Shown: one piece after another, positions 41,992-51,215 of the stretch
How the letters are laid out: the number at the start of each line of letters is the position of its first letter
Numbering within the stretch: position 1 is the stretch's first letter
Virus record (IMG/VR): IMGVR_UViG_3300010376_000011
Span: 1-57,131 of that record
Direction: 5' to 3' (one strand)
From: a virus
Length of the DNA: 57,131 nt
Program-made: the position numbers and the translations under genes
Notes under the pieces: generated by a model
The model's input: only the letters and a program-made list of their open reading frames with translations
Databases searched by the model: none
Told to the model about the DNA's origin: nothing

Positions 41992-42702
41992 ATGCCACAG
42001 AAGGTAATGAAGATACATCCGCTCTGCCGAATGTTCAGTCAGATCGCGCCACTCGGAAAAGACGAGAAGGCCGAAATGGTTGCTGACATTAAGGAGAACG
42101 GAATCAAGGTGCCTCTACTTGTTAACAAGAAGAAGGACACCATCTACGACGGCTATACGCGGTGGGGCATCGCGTATGATCTCAAGCTCGCACCGAAAGA
42201 CATTCCAATGGAAGTCTTTTCGGGCACTGAGGAAGAGATCGAAGCAGAAATCTTGTCCCGCAATCTGTTCCGGCGCCATATGTCGGACAGTGAGCGCGCG
42301 GCACTCGTTTCGAAGATCCTCGGCCCAGTCGCTGAGAAGGAAGCGAAAGAGCGTCAGAGCGCAGCGGGCAGCTTCGGTGACAAGAGCAAAGGCAAGGGCA
42401 CAGGGAAAGGCAAACGGGTTGCTGAGCTCGCGAAGAAGGCGGGCGTCAGTGAGCACAAGATGGCGCAAGCTGAGCGCGCACGTAAGGCCGGAATGATTGA
42501 TGATGTGCTGTCGAAAAAGACCACGCTCCGTAAGGCAAGCGAAAAAGGCAAAGGCGGAAAGCGCAAGCCAGCGAAGGAACTTTCTTTCGCAGATGCGCTC
42601 TACAAGAAGTGGACCGCCTTCGTCAATCGCATTGACCATCCGAAGCGACGCCAAGCATTGGAACTGATCGCTGGCTGGTGCACAGGAAAGAAGCCCGCGT
42701 AA
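41992..42702 (+). CDS. ParB-like nuclease-domain protein with a C-terminal HTH region
   Basis: IHPLCRMF..EMVADIKENGIKVPLLV....IYDGYTRWGIAYDL is the ParBc pattern; AGAAGGAG RBS. Confidence 0.8.
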   Translation: MPQKVMKIHPLCRMFSQIAPLGKDEKAEMVADIKENGIKVPLLVNKKKDTIYDGYTRWGIAYDLKLAPKDIPMEVFSGTEEEIEAEILSRNLFRRHMSDSERAALVSKILGPVAEKEAKERQSAAGSFGDKSKGKGTGKGKRVAELAKKAGVSEHKMAQAERARKAGMIDDVLSKKTTLRKASEKGKGGKRKPAKELSFADALYKKWTAFVNRIDHPKRRQALELIAGWCTGKKPA

Positions 42703-42718
42703 ACCAACAAGATGGAAA

Positions 42719-42746
42719 CAGCTTAGCGTGTTTTCACTCTAAGCTG
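42719..42746 (+). terminator. Conserved hairpin, copy 5 (inverted loop TTTT; one stem mismatch), followed by TTTC
   Basis: cagcttagcgtgttttcactctaagctg read directly. Confidence 0.55.
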
Positions 42747-42847
42747 TTTCGACGTGCAGCGAACGTCGAGCGCCGATCAGCGTTCAAGCCGCGCGGCGTT
42801 TCCGCTCGCTGCAATCAAGCATCGAGACAACAGAAAGAAACAAACCA

Positions 42848-43111
42848 ATGAAAACAAAACTGGCAGTAGCGTCGCTGCTGATCGCGGGGGCGGTCAGCAT
42901 AGCGGGGCAGGACGAAAAACGCTGTGGCGGGGCGCATACGCACGGGATTCAGCCCCGTAGCAGCGATCATAACTGGATAATCGAGCGGCAGGAAGCGTAT
43001 CAGATTCAAGGCACGCCTTCTGCGCGCATCATCAGCGGCGGGCGCGAGATCGACGTTTATTCGAATGGCCTGATGTTCGAAGGCGGCGTGGTCGTGGGAG
43101 TAAAGCGATGA
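42848..43111 (+). CDS. Small secreted protein (signal peptide)
   Basis: MKTKLAVASLLIAGAVSIAGQ signal-like N-terminus. Confidence 0.6.
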   Translation: MKTKLAVASLLIAGAVSIAGQDEKRCGGAHTHGIQPRSSDHNWIIERQEAYQIQGTPSARIISGGREIDVYSNGLMFEGGVVVGVKR

Positions 43112-43317
43112 GCAAGCTTCACGAAACAATCACTGCTGGCCGTGTCGTAGAACTCATCGAGCAGGATGATAATGTCGGGCTGTGCTTAAGCTGCGGCACA
43201 GAGCATCACAATGTCGAGCCTGATGCGCGGCATTACGAGTGCGAATCGTGCGGCGAAAAGCAAGTGTTCGGCGTCGAGCAAATCCTGATCGAAGTCACTC
43301 TGCCTGACTTGCCATGA
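43108..43317 (+). CDS. Zinc-ribbon protein
   Basis: CLSCG...CESCG pair; ATGA coupling. Confidence 0.6.
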   Translation: MSKLHETITAGRVVELIEQDDNVGLCLSCGTEHHNVEPDARHYECESCGEKQVFGVEQILIEVTLPDLP

Positions 43318-43598
43318 GCGCGCAACACTACAAGCGCGGCGATCTCGTATCGGTCTGGCATCGCAACAGCCCGCGGCATCACTGGCTGTGCGAGTTGTCG
43401 CTTGTGCGCATCTTGCAACTGGAAGGCAACCATCTGCTAGTGCAAACGAGTGACACTGGAAAGATGCACCGACAGCCGGACGGTCGGCTGGCAATGACGG
43501 GAGCAACAGGAATGAACATGAAGGCGACAATCAGCGGCGAGAAATGGGAGCGCGAACTGCGCGAGCCGATTTGGCCTGTGAAAGGAGTCAAAGGATGA
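43314..43598 (+). CDS. Hypothetical protein
   Basis: ATGA coupling on both sides. Confidence 0.55.
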   Translation: MSAQHYKRGDLVSVWHRNSPRHHWLCELSLVRILQLEGNHLLVQTSDTGKMHRQPDGRLAMTGATGMNMKATISGEKWERELREPIWPVKGVKG

Positions 43599-45244
43599 GT
43601 CCGCCATTCGACATCGAGCGCGTCTTCTGGAGCTCGCCGCGCAGCGTCAGCACGCCAAGCGGTCAGCGACAGGTGCGCACCTGGGTCATTCCAGACGGCT
43701 CGCCGTTTTGGGACTTATGGAAGCGCGACAAGGTTGCCCTCAAAGAGCGCGGCTACTCCGTCTCGCTCTGGAAAGGCGAGTGGACGCTGACGCTCTGGCA
43801 GGAGAGCAACGGCGCCGAGCAACCTGAGCGCAGAGAATCAAGCGCGCAACTTCCGCGTGGCTACTCTAAGCGATGGCGCGAGATCAAAGCACTCTACAAG
43901 CAAATTCGGCACAAGACGGGTGAGGATTTCTCGTATGAGTTTCCCGCGATTCAGCAGTTGTGCGTCGCGGTCTCGACCTATGATGGCGGGCTCGATGCGA
44001 CTGATACAGGCATCGGCAAGACCGCAGTCGCTTGCGCAGTGGCTTACCTGTTGCAGCGCGAACTATTCGTGGTCTGTCCGAAGAACATCATTCCGCCTTG
44101 GAAGCGAATGGCGAAGTTGTTCAAGGTCAAGTGCCGCGCGATCAACTACGAAATGCTCCGCACAGGGCGCACTGAGTTCGGACACTGGGCGCGCGATACA
44201 GGCAACCGCGCGCGCAAGAATCCGTTTCGGAAATTCGTTTACGATACCATCGAGCAAGAGGACACGCTGCTGGTCTTCGATGAATGTCACAAGCTCAAAG
44301 ACTACCGCACGCAACAATGCGCGATGGGCATCGCTGCGATCAATGACGGTTACAAGGTGCTCGCGCTGAGCGCGACGGCAGTTGATAACCCGATGCACAT
44401 GAAGTTCGTCGGGCTGCTGACGAAACTGTTCGATCATCCGAACCACTTCTACGGCTGGATGCTTGAGCATGGCGTCTACAAAGGCAAATGGGGACTCAAG
44501 TTCAACAATAACGCGGAGATCCTTGCTGACATTCATCATCAGATTTTCCCGCGACACGGCGCGCGCATCAGGGTGCGCGACTTGGGCGACCGCTTTCCTG
44601 AGACGCGAATCATCAGCGAAGCATACGAGATGGAGAACGAGGCAGCGATTCGTCGCGTTTATGAAGTGATGCGCAAGGAGATCGCTGATCTGATGCGCAA
44701 GAAGGCAGGCGATTGGAAGCGCAACGCGCTCGTCGCTCGCTTGCGCGCGCGGCAAGAAGCGGAGCTACTCAAGGTGCCGACCTTTGTGCAGATGGCAGAG
44801 GATGGATTGGAAGAAGGGATGAGCGTGATCGTGATACTCAACTTCACCGACTCGATCACAGCACTCTCGCGCGAACTCAACACGGTGAATCTCATCACTG
44901 GCGACACTCCATACAAGATGCGGCAGCCGTTGATTGATCGCTTTAACAAAGATCGCGAGCACAAGCTAGTGATGAACATCAAGTGCGGCGGCCTTGGCAT
45001 TGGCGTGCAAGGCACTCGCAATGGTCGCCGGCGCTTAGTGCTCATCAGTCCAAGTGATAGTGGACCTGATATGCGGCAGGCGTTAGGCAGGACGCCACGC
45101 GCGGGCGGTGCCTTCTCGCTGCAAAAGATCGTATGGGCAGCAGGCACAGTCGAAGAACAAGTTTGCGATAACAGTCGCGCCAAGCTGATGCGACTAGACC
45201 TTTTCAATGATGGCGAGCTCGACAGAGCACTCGCGATCTATTGA
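43595..45244 (+). CDS. SNF2/DEAD-like superfamily 2 helicase
   Basis: Internal ATG 43595 (GAAAGGAG RBS, ATGA overlap); DTGIGKTAVA (motif I), VFDECHKLK (DExH), LALSATAVDN (motif III). Confidence 0.85.
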   Translation: MSPPFDIERVFWSSPRSVSTPSGQRQVRTWVIPDGSPFWDLWKRDKVALKERGYSVSLWKGEWTLTLWQESNGAEQPERRESSAQLPRGYSKRWREIKALYKQIRHKTGEDFSYEFPAIQQLCVAVSTYDGGLDATDTGIGKTAVACAVAYLLQRELFVVCPKNIIPPWKRMAKLFKVKCRAINYEMLRTGRTEFGHWARDTGNRARKNPFRKFVYDTIEQEDTLLVFDECHKLKDYRTQQCAMGIAAINDGYKVLALSATAVDNPMHMKFVGLLTKLFDHPNHFYGWMLEHGVYKGKWGLKFNNNAEILADIHHQIFPRHGARIRVRDLGDRFPETRIISEAYEMENEAAIRRVYEVMRKEIADLMRKKAGDWKRNALVARLRARQEAELLKVPTFVQMAEDGLEEGMSVIVILNFTDSITALSRELNTVNLITGDTPYKMRQPLIDRFNKDREHKLVMNIKCGGLGIGVQGTRNGRRRLVLISPSDSGPDMRQALGRTPRAGGAFSLQKIVWAAGTVEEQVCDNSRAKLMRLDLFNDGELDRALAIY

Positions 45245-45277
45245 GAAACAACAAACCAACAACAGAAGGAGAACTGA

Positions 45278-45565
45278 ATGAAAATAAAAGTGATGATCGG
45301 CGCAGCGAGCGTCGATTATGTCGTGATGCTCACGCGCGCTCCGCGCGAGTATGACGGCTTTGGAACGTTCACGCTGCAAGATTGGAACACAGAAGGCCGC
45401 TTGGTGTGCATCCGAGAGGAGCACTTGCAGTGGCAACTCGGTCGCAATGGCAGCGGTGGATTCTCAACCGTCGAGCCAGACGTCGATGCGCAGGCGATTC
45501 AAGATGCGCTATGGGCGCGACTCTGGCGCGGCAATGAAAGGGGAATTCAGACATGCCCAGTCTGA
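45278..45565 (+). CDS. Hypothetical protein
   Basis: CAGAAGGAG RBS; 95 aa. Confidence 0.55.
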   Translation: MKIKVMIGAASVDYVVMLTRAPREYDGFGTFTLQDWNTEGRLVCIREEHLQWQLGRNGSGGFSTVEPDVDAQAIQDALWARLWRGNERGIQTCPV

Positions 45566-45927
45566 CCACTGAGGAAGTATTGGACCGCGCTCAGCGATGG
45601 GCGCGGATGCACAAGGTAGAAAAGTATCGTCCTAAGATGGATGACTTGCTGAAAGGCTTAAGCGAAGCAGATCAGCGTCGCGTCTATCTGTGCGGGCAAA
45701 GAATATCAGGCGGGCTGCCACCGAAGGTGTTGCCTGCCGCAAATGGAAAGGAGGACAAAAATGAAAAAGAAAAAGGCAAAGCCGCAGCAGAAGGAAAACG
45801 GCGAGAAGGATCGAATGCCTCTCGCGGAAGCACTACGACTGCTCAAGGAACAAAAGCCGTGGGCGCCGATAGCAAGCCTGCGAAGACAAATCACGCTCGG
45901 AAAGATTCCCGCAATAAGAAGCGGTAA
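45553..45927 (+). CDS. Hypothetical protein (3' half doubtful, overlaps the 45761 gene out of frame)
   Basis: The N-terminal 65 aa look protein-like; the low-complexity tail probably reflects read-through into the next gene. Confidence 0.3.
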   Translation: MPSLTTEEVLDRAQRWARMHKVEKYRPKMDDLLKGLSEADQRRVYLCGQRISGGLPPKVLPAANGKEDKNEKEKGKAAAEGKRREGSNASRGSTTTAQGTKAVGADSKPAKTNHARKDSRNKKR

Positions 45928-46003
45928 CTCTCCGCGAGCGCGTTACTTCGTGCTCCTGAGCGATCTGGAAGCAGCATTGCCGGTCGTTGGAGCACAACCA
46001 TAA
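45761..46003 (+). CDS. Excisionase/MerR-family HTH DNA-binding protein
   Basis: GGAAAGGAGG RBS before ATG 45761; PLAEALRLL..SLRRQITLGKIPAIRSG..RYFVLLSDLEAAL fits HTH_17-type binding domains. Confidence 0.6.
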   Translation: MKKKKAKPQQKENGEKDRMPLAEALRLLKEQKPWAPIASLRRQITLGKIPAIRSGNSPRARYFVLLSDLEAALPVVGAQP

Positions 46004-46009
46004 AACAAC

Positions 46010-46051
46010 GCCAGCCGCGTCGAGCGGGAGAGCCCGCAGCACGCGGCTGGC
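46010..46051 (+). terminator. Long hairpin GCCAGCCGCG...CGCGGCTGGC with an inner GCGGG/CCCGC stem
   Basis: 10-bp outer inverted repeat read directly; no clear U-tract. Confidence 0.35.
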
Positions 46052-46073
46052 TAACAGATAAGGAATCAACTGA

Positions 46074-47189
46074 ATGAAACCGAAACAAACAACACAAAAT
46101 GTATTAGTCAAAAAGTTAATCGAGATCAGGAAAGGTCTCGGCAAAGTGGAAAAGACAAAGCGCAATATCCATTTCGGATATGCTTACGTCGGGCTGGAGC
46201 ACTTGAACGCGCTGCTTGAGCCGCGACTATCTGAGAAGAATATCCTTCTCACTTCATCAGTCGTGTCGAGCAATCGGCATTATGGTGACGCAAAGGCAGG
46301 CGTGTTCGGAGCAGTAGAGACTGAGCACGTATTCATGGATGCGGACTCAGGCGAAGAGATCACAGTCAGGAGTTCAGGCGACGGCTGGGATGCTGGCGAC
46401 AAAGCAACATCGAAAGCGATCACCGCAGCAATCAAGTCGTGCCTCAAGGCGAACTTCATGATTAGTGATGAGGCAGACGATCCGGAAGGAGCTCCGGAAC
46501 GCGCAGGCGCGGGAGAGAAGCCTGCTGCTGGCGCGAAGCACAAGCGCACGACTCCTTACGAGGAAAGAACGGCAGACGACAGCGCGCAGTCAGGACACGA
46601 TCTGCTTGAGGTCAAGGCATTCCTCACTGAGAACAAAATTCCAGATGCCTTTCTGCTGACGCTGCTCTACGAGAAGAAACTGATCGCGCCACAGATCAAG
46701 ACCGTCGCGTCGATTCCGGCAGGCATCATGCGGCGATTGCTCGATCCCAAGAGCCGACAGAATCTCATCAACGCTTGGAAGGAGCAGCAAGCGGACGAAG
46801 AGACAGGCGGCATGACTAAACCCGCGCCGCGATCAGCGAAGAAGGAAGAACCGCACGAACGCGATTCATCTTACTCATCCGGTCACAAGAAGACGCGCAA
46901 CACCGCAGAGCCAGAAATGGACCAGCGCAAGGAGCGGCAACCAATCGAGCGCGACATGGCATTGGAAGATGTTCTCGCGCAAGACGGTTACGATAACTGG
47001 CGGCAGGTGCCAGTTCATTTCGGCAACGATGCAGGCAAGACGTTAGGCAAGCTCGGCGTGAAGTCGCGCGCCTACTTCTTGAATACATGGCGACCATCGC
47101 CGCACCCGAAGAAGGGCACCTACAGCGATAAGGACATTCTGCTCGATGCTGCGTGCTGCTTGGCATTGAAGGAGCTCAGCAATGAGTGA
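46074..47189 (+). CDS. ERF-family single-strand annealing protein with a long C-terminal extension
   Basis: HFGYAYVGLEHLNALLEPRL..DKATSKAITAAIKSCLKANFMISDEADDPE parallels the P22 Erf core. Confidence 0.75.
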   Translation: MKPKQTTQNVLVKKLIEIRKGLGKVEKTKRNIHFGYAYVGLEHLNALLEPRLSEKNILLTSSVVSSNRHYGDAKAGVFGAVETEHVFMDADSGEEITVRSSGDGWDAGDKATSKAITAAIKSCLKANFMISDEADDPEGAPERAGAGEKPAAGAKHKRTTPYEERTADDSAQSGHDLLEVKAFLTENKIPDAFLLTLLYEKKLIAPQIKTVASIPAGIMRRLLDPKSRQNLINAWKEQQADEETGGMTKPAPRSAKKEEPHERDSSYSSGHKKTRNTAEPEMDQRKERQPIERDMALEDVLAQDGYDNWRQVPVHFGNDAGKTLGKLGVKSRAYFLNTWRPSPHPKKGTYSDKDILLDAACCLALKELSNE

Positions 47190-47439
47190 GCGATGCCGAA
47201 GCTGTAACGCGAAGGTGATCTGGACAGAGACGGAACGCGGGCGACGGATGCCTGTTGACGCTACACCAGTAGCGACAGGCAACATCATCTTGCGCCAGCG
47301 CGAGCAGCGATGTCCGCTTGCTGTGCACGTTGATTCTGCGCTTGAGCCATTGCGCGATCAGCCGTCGCCGGCAGAGCGGTATGTCAGTCATTTCGTCACC
47401 TGCCCCGATCGCAAAAACTGGAGAAAGAAAAAACGATGA
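47182..47439 (+). CDS. Small CxxC...HxxxCP zinc-binding protein
   Basis: GAAGGAG RBS; CRSCNAKVIW..YVSHFVTCP. Confidence 0.6.
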   Translation: MSERCRSCNAKVIWTETERGRRMPVDATPVATGNIILRQREQRCPLAVHVDSALEPLRDQPSPAERYVSHFVTCPDRKNWRKKKR

Positions 47440-47807
47440 AAGCGAACCTTGAGGAAGCACAAAAGCTGTGCGCAGTCTTGGAACCAAAGCTGCGCAGGCG
47501 TGGCTGGCACATTGCTGTCACAGGCAGCGTGCTCTACGGGCGCATCGGCAAGACCGCTGCGCGATCAACACCGCGCGACATCGACCTGATTGTTTATCCG
47601 CACATTGATAGCGCGGAAGAACATCTCGACGATTCGCTTGGTGATCTGCTGCAAAGCATCGGCATCACTGATGCTGAGCCGAGCGGCGATTACGGCAATC
47701 CTGATTATGGAGCGGCGACAGTTTATGAGTTCTTCATCTCAGGAATCAAAGTCAATGTCATGCAGTTAGTCTGGAAGGAGTTCTATGCGCAAACGGAAAC
47801 GGCCTGA
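47436..47807 (+). CDS. Minimal nucleotidyltransferase-fold protein (Pol-beta superfamily)
   Basis: HIAVTGSVLYGR...PRDIDLIVYP fits GS-x(n)-DxD. Confidence 0.55.
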   Translation: MKANLEEAQKLCAVLEPKLRRRGWHIAVTGSVLYGRIGKTAARSTPRDIDLIVYPHIDSAEEHLDDSLGDLLQSIGITDAEPSGDYGNPDYGAATVYEFFISGIKVNVMQLVWKEFYAQTETA

Positions 47808-48939
47808 TGCACCGCCTGACCCGATTGAAGATGAGCGCGAAGGCAAACCTTCGTCGAGCGGATTCGATGCTGAGTTCAGATGCCCTGGCAAGCGCGCGCT
47901 GTGCGCTCGATTGCCGAAGGAAGAGGACACAGCAGTTACCGAGCGTGGCAAAAGGATCCATCACGCGCTTGAGACCAATGACTTCTCAGACTTGAACGAC
48001 ACTGAGCAGCGCACTACATCGCGCATCGCTTACGGCGAGTCGGAGATCGTCCATGAGTATAGCTTCGAAGGCGCGCAAGTGACCTTTGAATATCGGGTGT
48101 GGGACTTCGAATGGGCTGGCAAGCGGCTTGAGAAAACTTGGAGCGGTCGCGTAGATCGCTTCGACTGGCAGCCTAGCGAGCGTCGCCTATTAGTGCTCGA
48201 TGATAAGAGCGGCTGGACAATCCCGCCGCCGATTCAAATCAACTGGCAGGTGCGCAGTGAAGGCGCGCTGCTCGCTGACGAGCTCGACGCGCGTGAGGCA
48301 GTGATCGGACTCATTCATCCGCATCATCCAGACTCGCTATGGGAAGCACGCGTTTACAATCGCGAGCAGCTTAACCATCTGCTCGATGTTGTGCGCGCGA
48401 ATGTGCGGCAACTCGATCTGCCAAATAACAGACGCATACCTGGGCCGATTCAATGTCAGTGGTGTCCAGCGAAAGGCGTCTGTCCTGAGTATATCGCCGA
48501 CGCTGCAAAGCTTGACGATGCTATTGAAGATGAAGTCAAAGATGAAGGCTTCACTGCGATCAATGCGCGCAGTAGCACAGAGCGTGGCGCGCACGTTCAA
48601 GCATTGAAGGCGCGCATCAAGAACATTGAAATTCTGCTCAAGCGTTACACCCAGTTGTTAGTGCTCGATGAAAGCGCGATTGCTGGCTGGCGCGTCGCTC
48701 GCAAGCTGACGCGCTACTTCACCAATGAAGCGCGCGCCATCGAAGATGCAGAGAAGGAGTTTGGTCGCGACACTGTTGCGGCGGCACTCAAAATGTCGAT
48801 TCCGTCATTAGAGGAAGCGATCAAAGCGGAGAAGGATTGCAGCGCGAAAGAAGCGAAGGCAGCAGTGCAGCGCGTGCTCGGTCATGTCATTCGTTTCCGT
48901 CGCGGCGATCCTTACATGGATGAGGCACGATCACTATGA
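47785..48939 (+). CDS. PD-(D/E)XK exonuclease, Cas4/RecB-like, with a C-terminal Cys cluster
   Basis: FRCPGKRA..GKRIHHALE..GRVDRFDW..LLVLDDKSGW..CQWCPAKGVCPEY; adjacent to Erf. Confidence 0.8.
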   Translation: MRKRKRPDAPPDPIEDEREGKPSSSGFDAEFRCPGKRALCARLPKEEDTAVTERGKRIHHALETNDFSDLNDTEQRTTSRIAYGESEIVHEYSFEGAQVTFEYRVWDFEWAGKRLEKTWSGRVDRFDWQPSERRLLVLDDKSGWTIPPPIQINWQVRSEGALLADELDAREAVIGLIHPHHPDSLWEARVYNREQLNHLLDVVRANVRQLDLPNNRRIPGPIQCQWCPAKGVCPEYIADAAKLDDAIEDEVKDEGFTAINARSSTERGAHVQALKARIKNIEILLKRYTQLLVLDESAIAGWRVARKLTRYFTNEARAIEDAEKEFGRDTVAAALKMSIPSLEEAIKAEKDCSAKEAKAAVQRVLGHVIRFRRGDPYMDEARSL

Positions 48940-49283
48940 AACAGAAAGACGCAGCAGCGCAGATCAGGCGATTGGCATCGCGGCAAGAGTCGATCAAAAC
49001 AGGCGAAGAGTTCAACGAGGAATTGCTGCTGACATTCATGGCAGCGTATCAGCATCGGCAGCTTGGCGAGCGTGAAGATGTGCTGATTATCCGGCACGAC
49101 ATTCACACTGCGAACGCGCTGATGCCTGATGGTCTGCGCTCGATGCACAGAAGCATGATTAAGATGGGAGTCAAAATGTGCGACGCGAAGATCGCGCTGC
49201 CTGTCGCAGTGCGCGCGCAGCGTGATCGGCTCAACGAAGAATTGCACAAGATGATTAGACGTATCTACGATGAAAGAACGTAA
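48936..49283 (+). CDS. Hypothetical protein
   Basis: ATGA coupling; 115 aa. Confidence 0.55.
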   Translation: MKQKDAAAQIRRLASRQESIKTGEEFNEELLLTFMAAYQHRQLGEREDVLIIRHDIHTANALMPDGLRSMHRSMIKMGVKMCDAKIALPVAVRAQRDRLNEELHKMIRRIYDERT

Positions 49284-49506
49284 ACTCACTCACCAGCTGG
49301 TTTGTAATGAGGAGACAAAGTTGTGGTCCTGCCAATGCGGTTACGTGTTAGGCAGCGGTCACGATGCGCTCTATGCGCAGTGTCCACTCACGCGGCCAGT
49401 CTATTCAGACTTCAATGAAGCGAAGCAGGTTGCGGCGCGTCAATCCAGAGCGCGCAAAGGAAAACGAACAATATCTCCGAGAGTCGCGGATCTTTTTGAT
49501 CTGTAA
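49270..49506 (+). CDS. Hypothetical Cys-containing protein (3' end overlaps the next gene)
   Basis: 78-aa ORF; the overlap with the 49415 ORF makes its 3' end uncertain. Confidence 0.45.
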   Translation: MKERKLTHQLVCNEETKLWSCQCGYVLGSGHDALYAQCPLTRPVYSDFNEAKQVAARQSRARKGKRTISPRVADLFDL

Positions 49507-49684
49507 TCCGATCTGCCAGTTGTGCGGCATCTTGCGATCAACGCAAGTGCATCACGCGGCAGGACGCGAGCGCAAGCTGTTACTCATCAAAAAGTATTGG
49601 CGCGCAGTTTGTTTGGATTGTCACAAGTGGATTCACAAACATGGAAAACAAGCACGAAAAACAGGTTGGATTGTTCGGCGGTGA
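49415..49684 (+). CDS. HNH-like small endonuclease/zinc-finger protein
   Basis: Internal ATG 49415; NPICQLCG..STQVHHAAGR..VCLDCHKWIH pattern (CxxC..HH..CxxCH). Confidence 0.55.
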   Translation: MKRSRLRRVNPERAKENEQYLRESRIFLICNPICQLCGILRSTQVHHAAGRERKLLLIKKYWRAVCLDCHKWIHKHGKQARKTGWIVRR

Positions 49685-50063
49685 AGAGCCTGGGCTGCCG
49701 CCGCAGCGTCGTCGCGCTGATGTTGAGAAGCGTCGCGCTGAATGGCAGGCCTATAAAGCACGCCATCGGGATAGAGTGCGAGCAATCAACCGTAATAGTG
49801 CAAGGCGTTGGTATCTCCCGAATCTGGCGAAGAAATTCGGCGTGCCTGTATCAGTGCTTCGCGATGCTTTGAGTAAACCATGCGGCATCTGCGGATTGCA
49901 ACAAGCAGATGTAATTGATCACGACCCGCAGACAGGAAAGTTCCGCGGCGGCTTATGCCGTCAGTGCAATGCTGCACTTGGCAGGCTTGGCGACAACATC
50001 ACAGGAGTAAAACGCGCGCTGGCTTATCTCCGGCGCACAACAACGAAAGGAGAGAACCACTGA
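49641..50063 (+). CDS. Recombination endonuclease VII-like protein
   Basis: CGICG...VIDHDPQTGKFRGGLCRQCNAALGRLGDN matches the Endo VII signature. Confidence 0.8.
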   Translation: MENKHEKQVGLFGGEEPGLPPQRRRADVEKRRAEWQAYKARHRDRVRAINRNSARRWYLPNLAKKFGVPVSVLRDALSKPCGICGLQQADVIDHDPQTGKFRGGLCRQCNAALGRLGDNITGVKRALAYLRRTTTKGENH

Positions 50064-50443
50064 GCCCGATACAACGCACGCACGCTTGGCTGCGCGAACA
50101 CGGAATGCTGATCGCGAAGACTGAGTATTGGCATCACTTCGGCAAGCGCACAGTCGATCTGTTCGGATTCATTGATACGATCGCGCTGAATCCCACAGCA
50201 TGGTCAGAGGACACGCTCGCGATTCAGAGCACGACTGCCGATCATCACTCGCACCGCGTAGTCAAGATCATCAAGCATCCGAACACGCTCGGCGTCATTC
50301 GGCACTGGCGCGTTGAAGTGTGGTCATGGGGCAAGAAAGGCGCGCGCGGCCACAAGAAGGAATGGACGCTGCGCAGGACAGGATTCACTGCAAGAGGCAA
50401 CCGCGTGATCGCGTTCGAAGCAGAAGGCGATCCGCTCTACTAA
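50060..50443 (+). CDS. Putative PD-(D/E)XK-like nuclease/resolvase; start codon uncertain
   Basis: Part of track ORF 49955-50443; AAAGGAG precedes CTG 50060, first ATG is at about 50102; VDLFGFIDTIAL..LAIQSTT resembles Hjc/RecU-type cores. Confidence 0.45.
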   Translation: MSPIQRTHAWLREHGMLIAKTEYWHHFGKRTVDLFGFIDTIALNPTAWSEDTLAIQSTTADHHSHRVVKIIKHPNTLGVIRHWRVEVWSWGKKGARGHKKEWTLRRTGFTARGNRVIAFEAEGDPLY

Positions 50444-50468
50444 CAGAAAGGAAAACTGAAATGACGGT

Positions 50469-51215
50469 ATGATCTTACACAAACTCAAGACCAATCGCTT
50501 CACGTTAATAGATAACGAGTTGATCGCTGATGCTCGACTATCATGGAAGGCAAAAGGGATTCTGCTGTATCTGCTGAGCAAGCCAGAGCAATGGATTGTC
50601 CGTGTCGGCGATATTATCAAACATGGGCCAGAAGGAGAGTCAGCAGTGCGTGCAGCTTTGCGCGAGCTTCGCAAAACTGGATATGCGAAATTGGAAGACA
50701 TTCGCGAAGGTGGTCACATCATTGATCGCCGACTGACGATCTCAGAGAGTGGCGGGCTAGTGGATGATTTTCTCAATCGCGAAAACCTAAATCGAGAGTT
50801 TCGCCATCTTAATAAGACTGACGAAGAAAATAAGACTGAGAAAGAGAAAAAGACTTTTTCTGTTTCAGTCGATTTCATCGACGAAGCTTTGCAGAAGGAA
50901 TGGGCAGCATTCCAAGTGCATCGGAAACAAATTGGTCACCCGCTTACGCTGCTCGCGAAGCGACGCATCATTGAGGACTTGAACAAGTGGCGCGACATAC
51001 CTGCGCGCGTCTTAGGACTCCGCAATGCGATTGAAGCAGGCTGGCGCAAACCTTTTGAACCGCGCGAGCAGTTGAAACCAAAGCTGCCTTACCGCAAGCG
51101 CGAAGATCGAATCAACGCACTGAATGAACGCAAAGCCCAAGTGATGCGCCAGCCGCCGAGCGCAGCGCGCGACAGGCAGCTTGAGCAGATCAGGATTGAG
51201 CTTCACAAATTATGA
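50469..51215 (+). CDS. Replication initiator/replisome organizer-like protein (N-terminal wHTH)
   Basis: FTLIDNELIADARLSWKAKGILLYLLSKPEQWIVRVGDII...ALRELRKTGYAKLE is a pattern typical of phage DnaD/O-like initiators. Confidence 0.65.
   Translation: MILHKLKTNRFTLIDNELIADARLSWKAKGILLYLLSKPEQWIVRVGDIIKHGPEGESAVRAALRELRKTGYAKLEDIREGGHIIDRRLTISESGGLVDDFLNRENLNREFRHLNKTDEENKTEKEKKTFSVSVDFIDEALQKEWAAFQVHRKQIGHPLTLLAKRRIIEDLNKWRDIPARVLGLRNAIEAGWRKPFEPREQLKPKLPYRKREDRINALNERKAQVMRQPPSAARDRQLEQIRIELHKL

Noticed and set aside
45553-45927. Full-length 124-aa ORF as a real gene
   Set aside because: Its second half (KEDKNEKEKGKAAAEGKRREGSN...) is the out-of-frame reading of the well-supported HTH gene that starts at 45761 with a strong RBS. 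It is kept only as a low-confidence feature.
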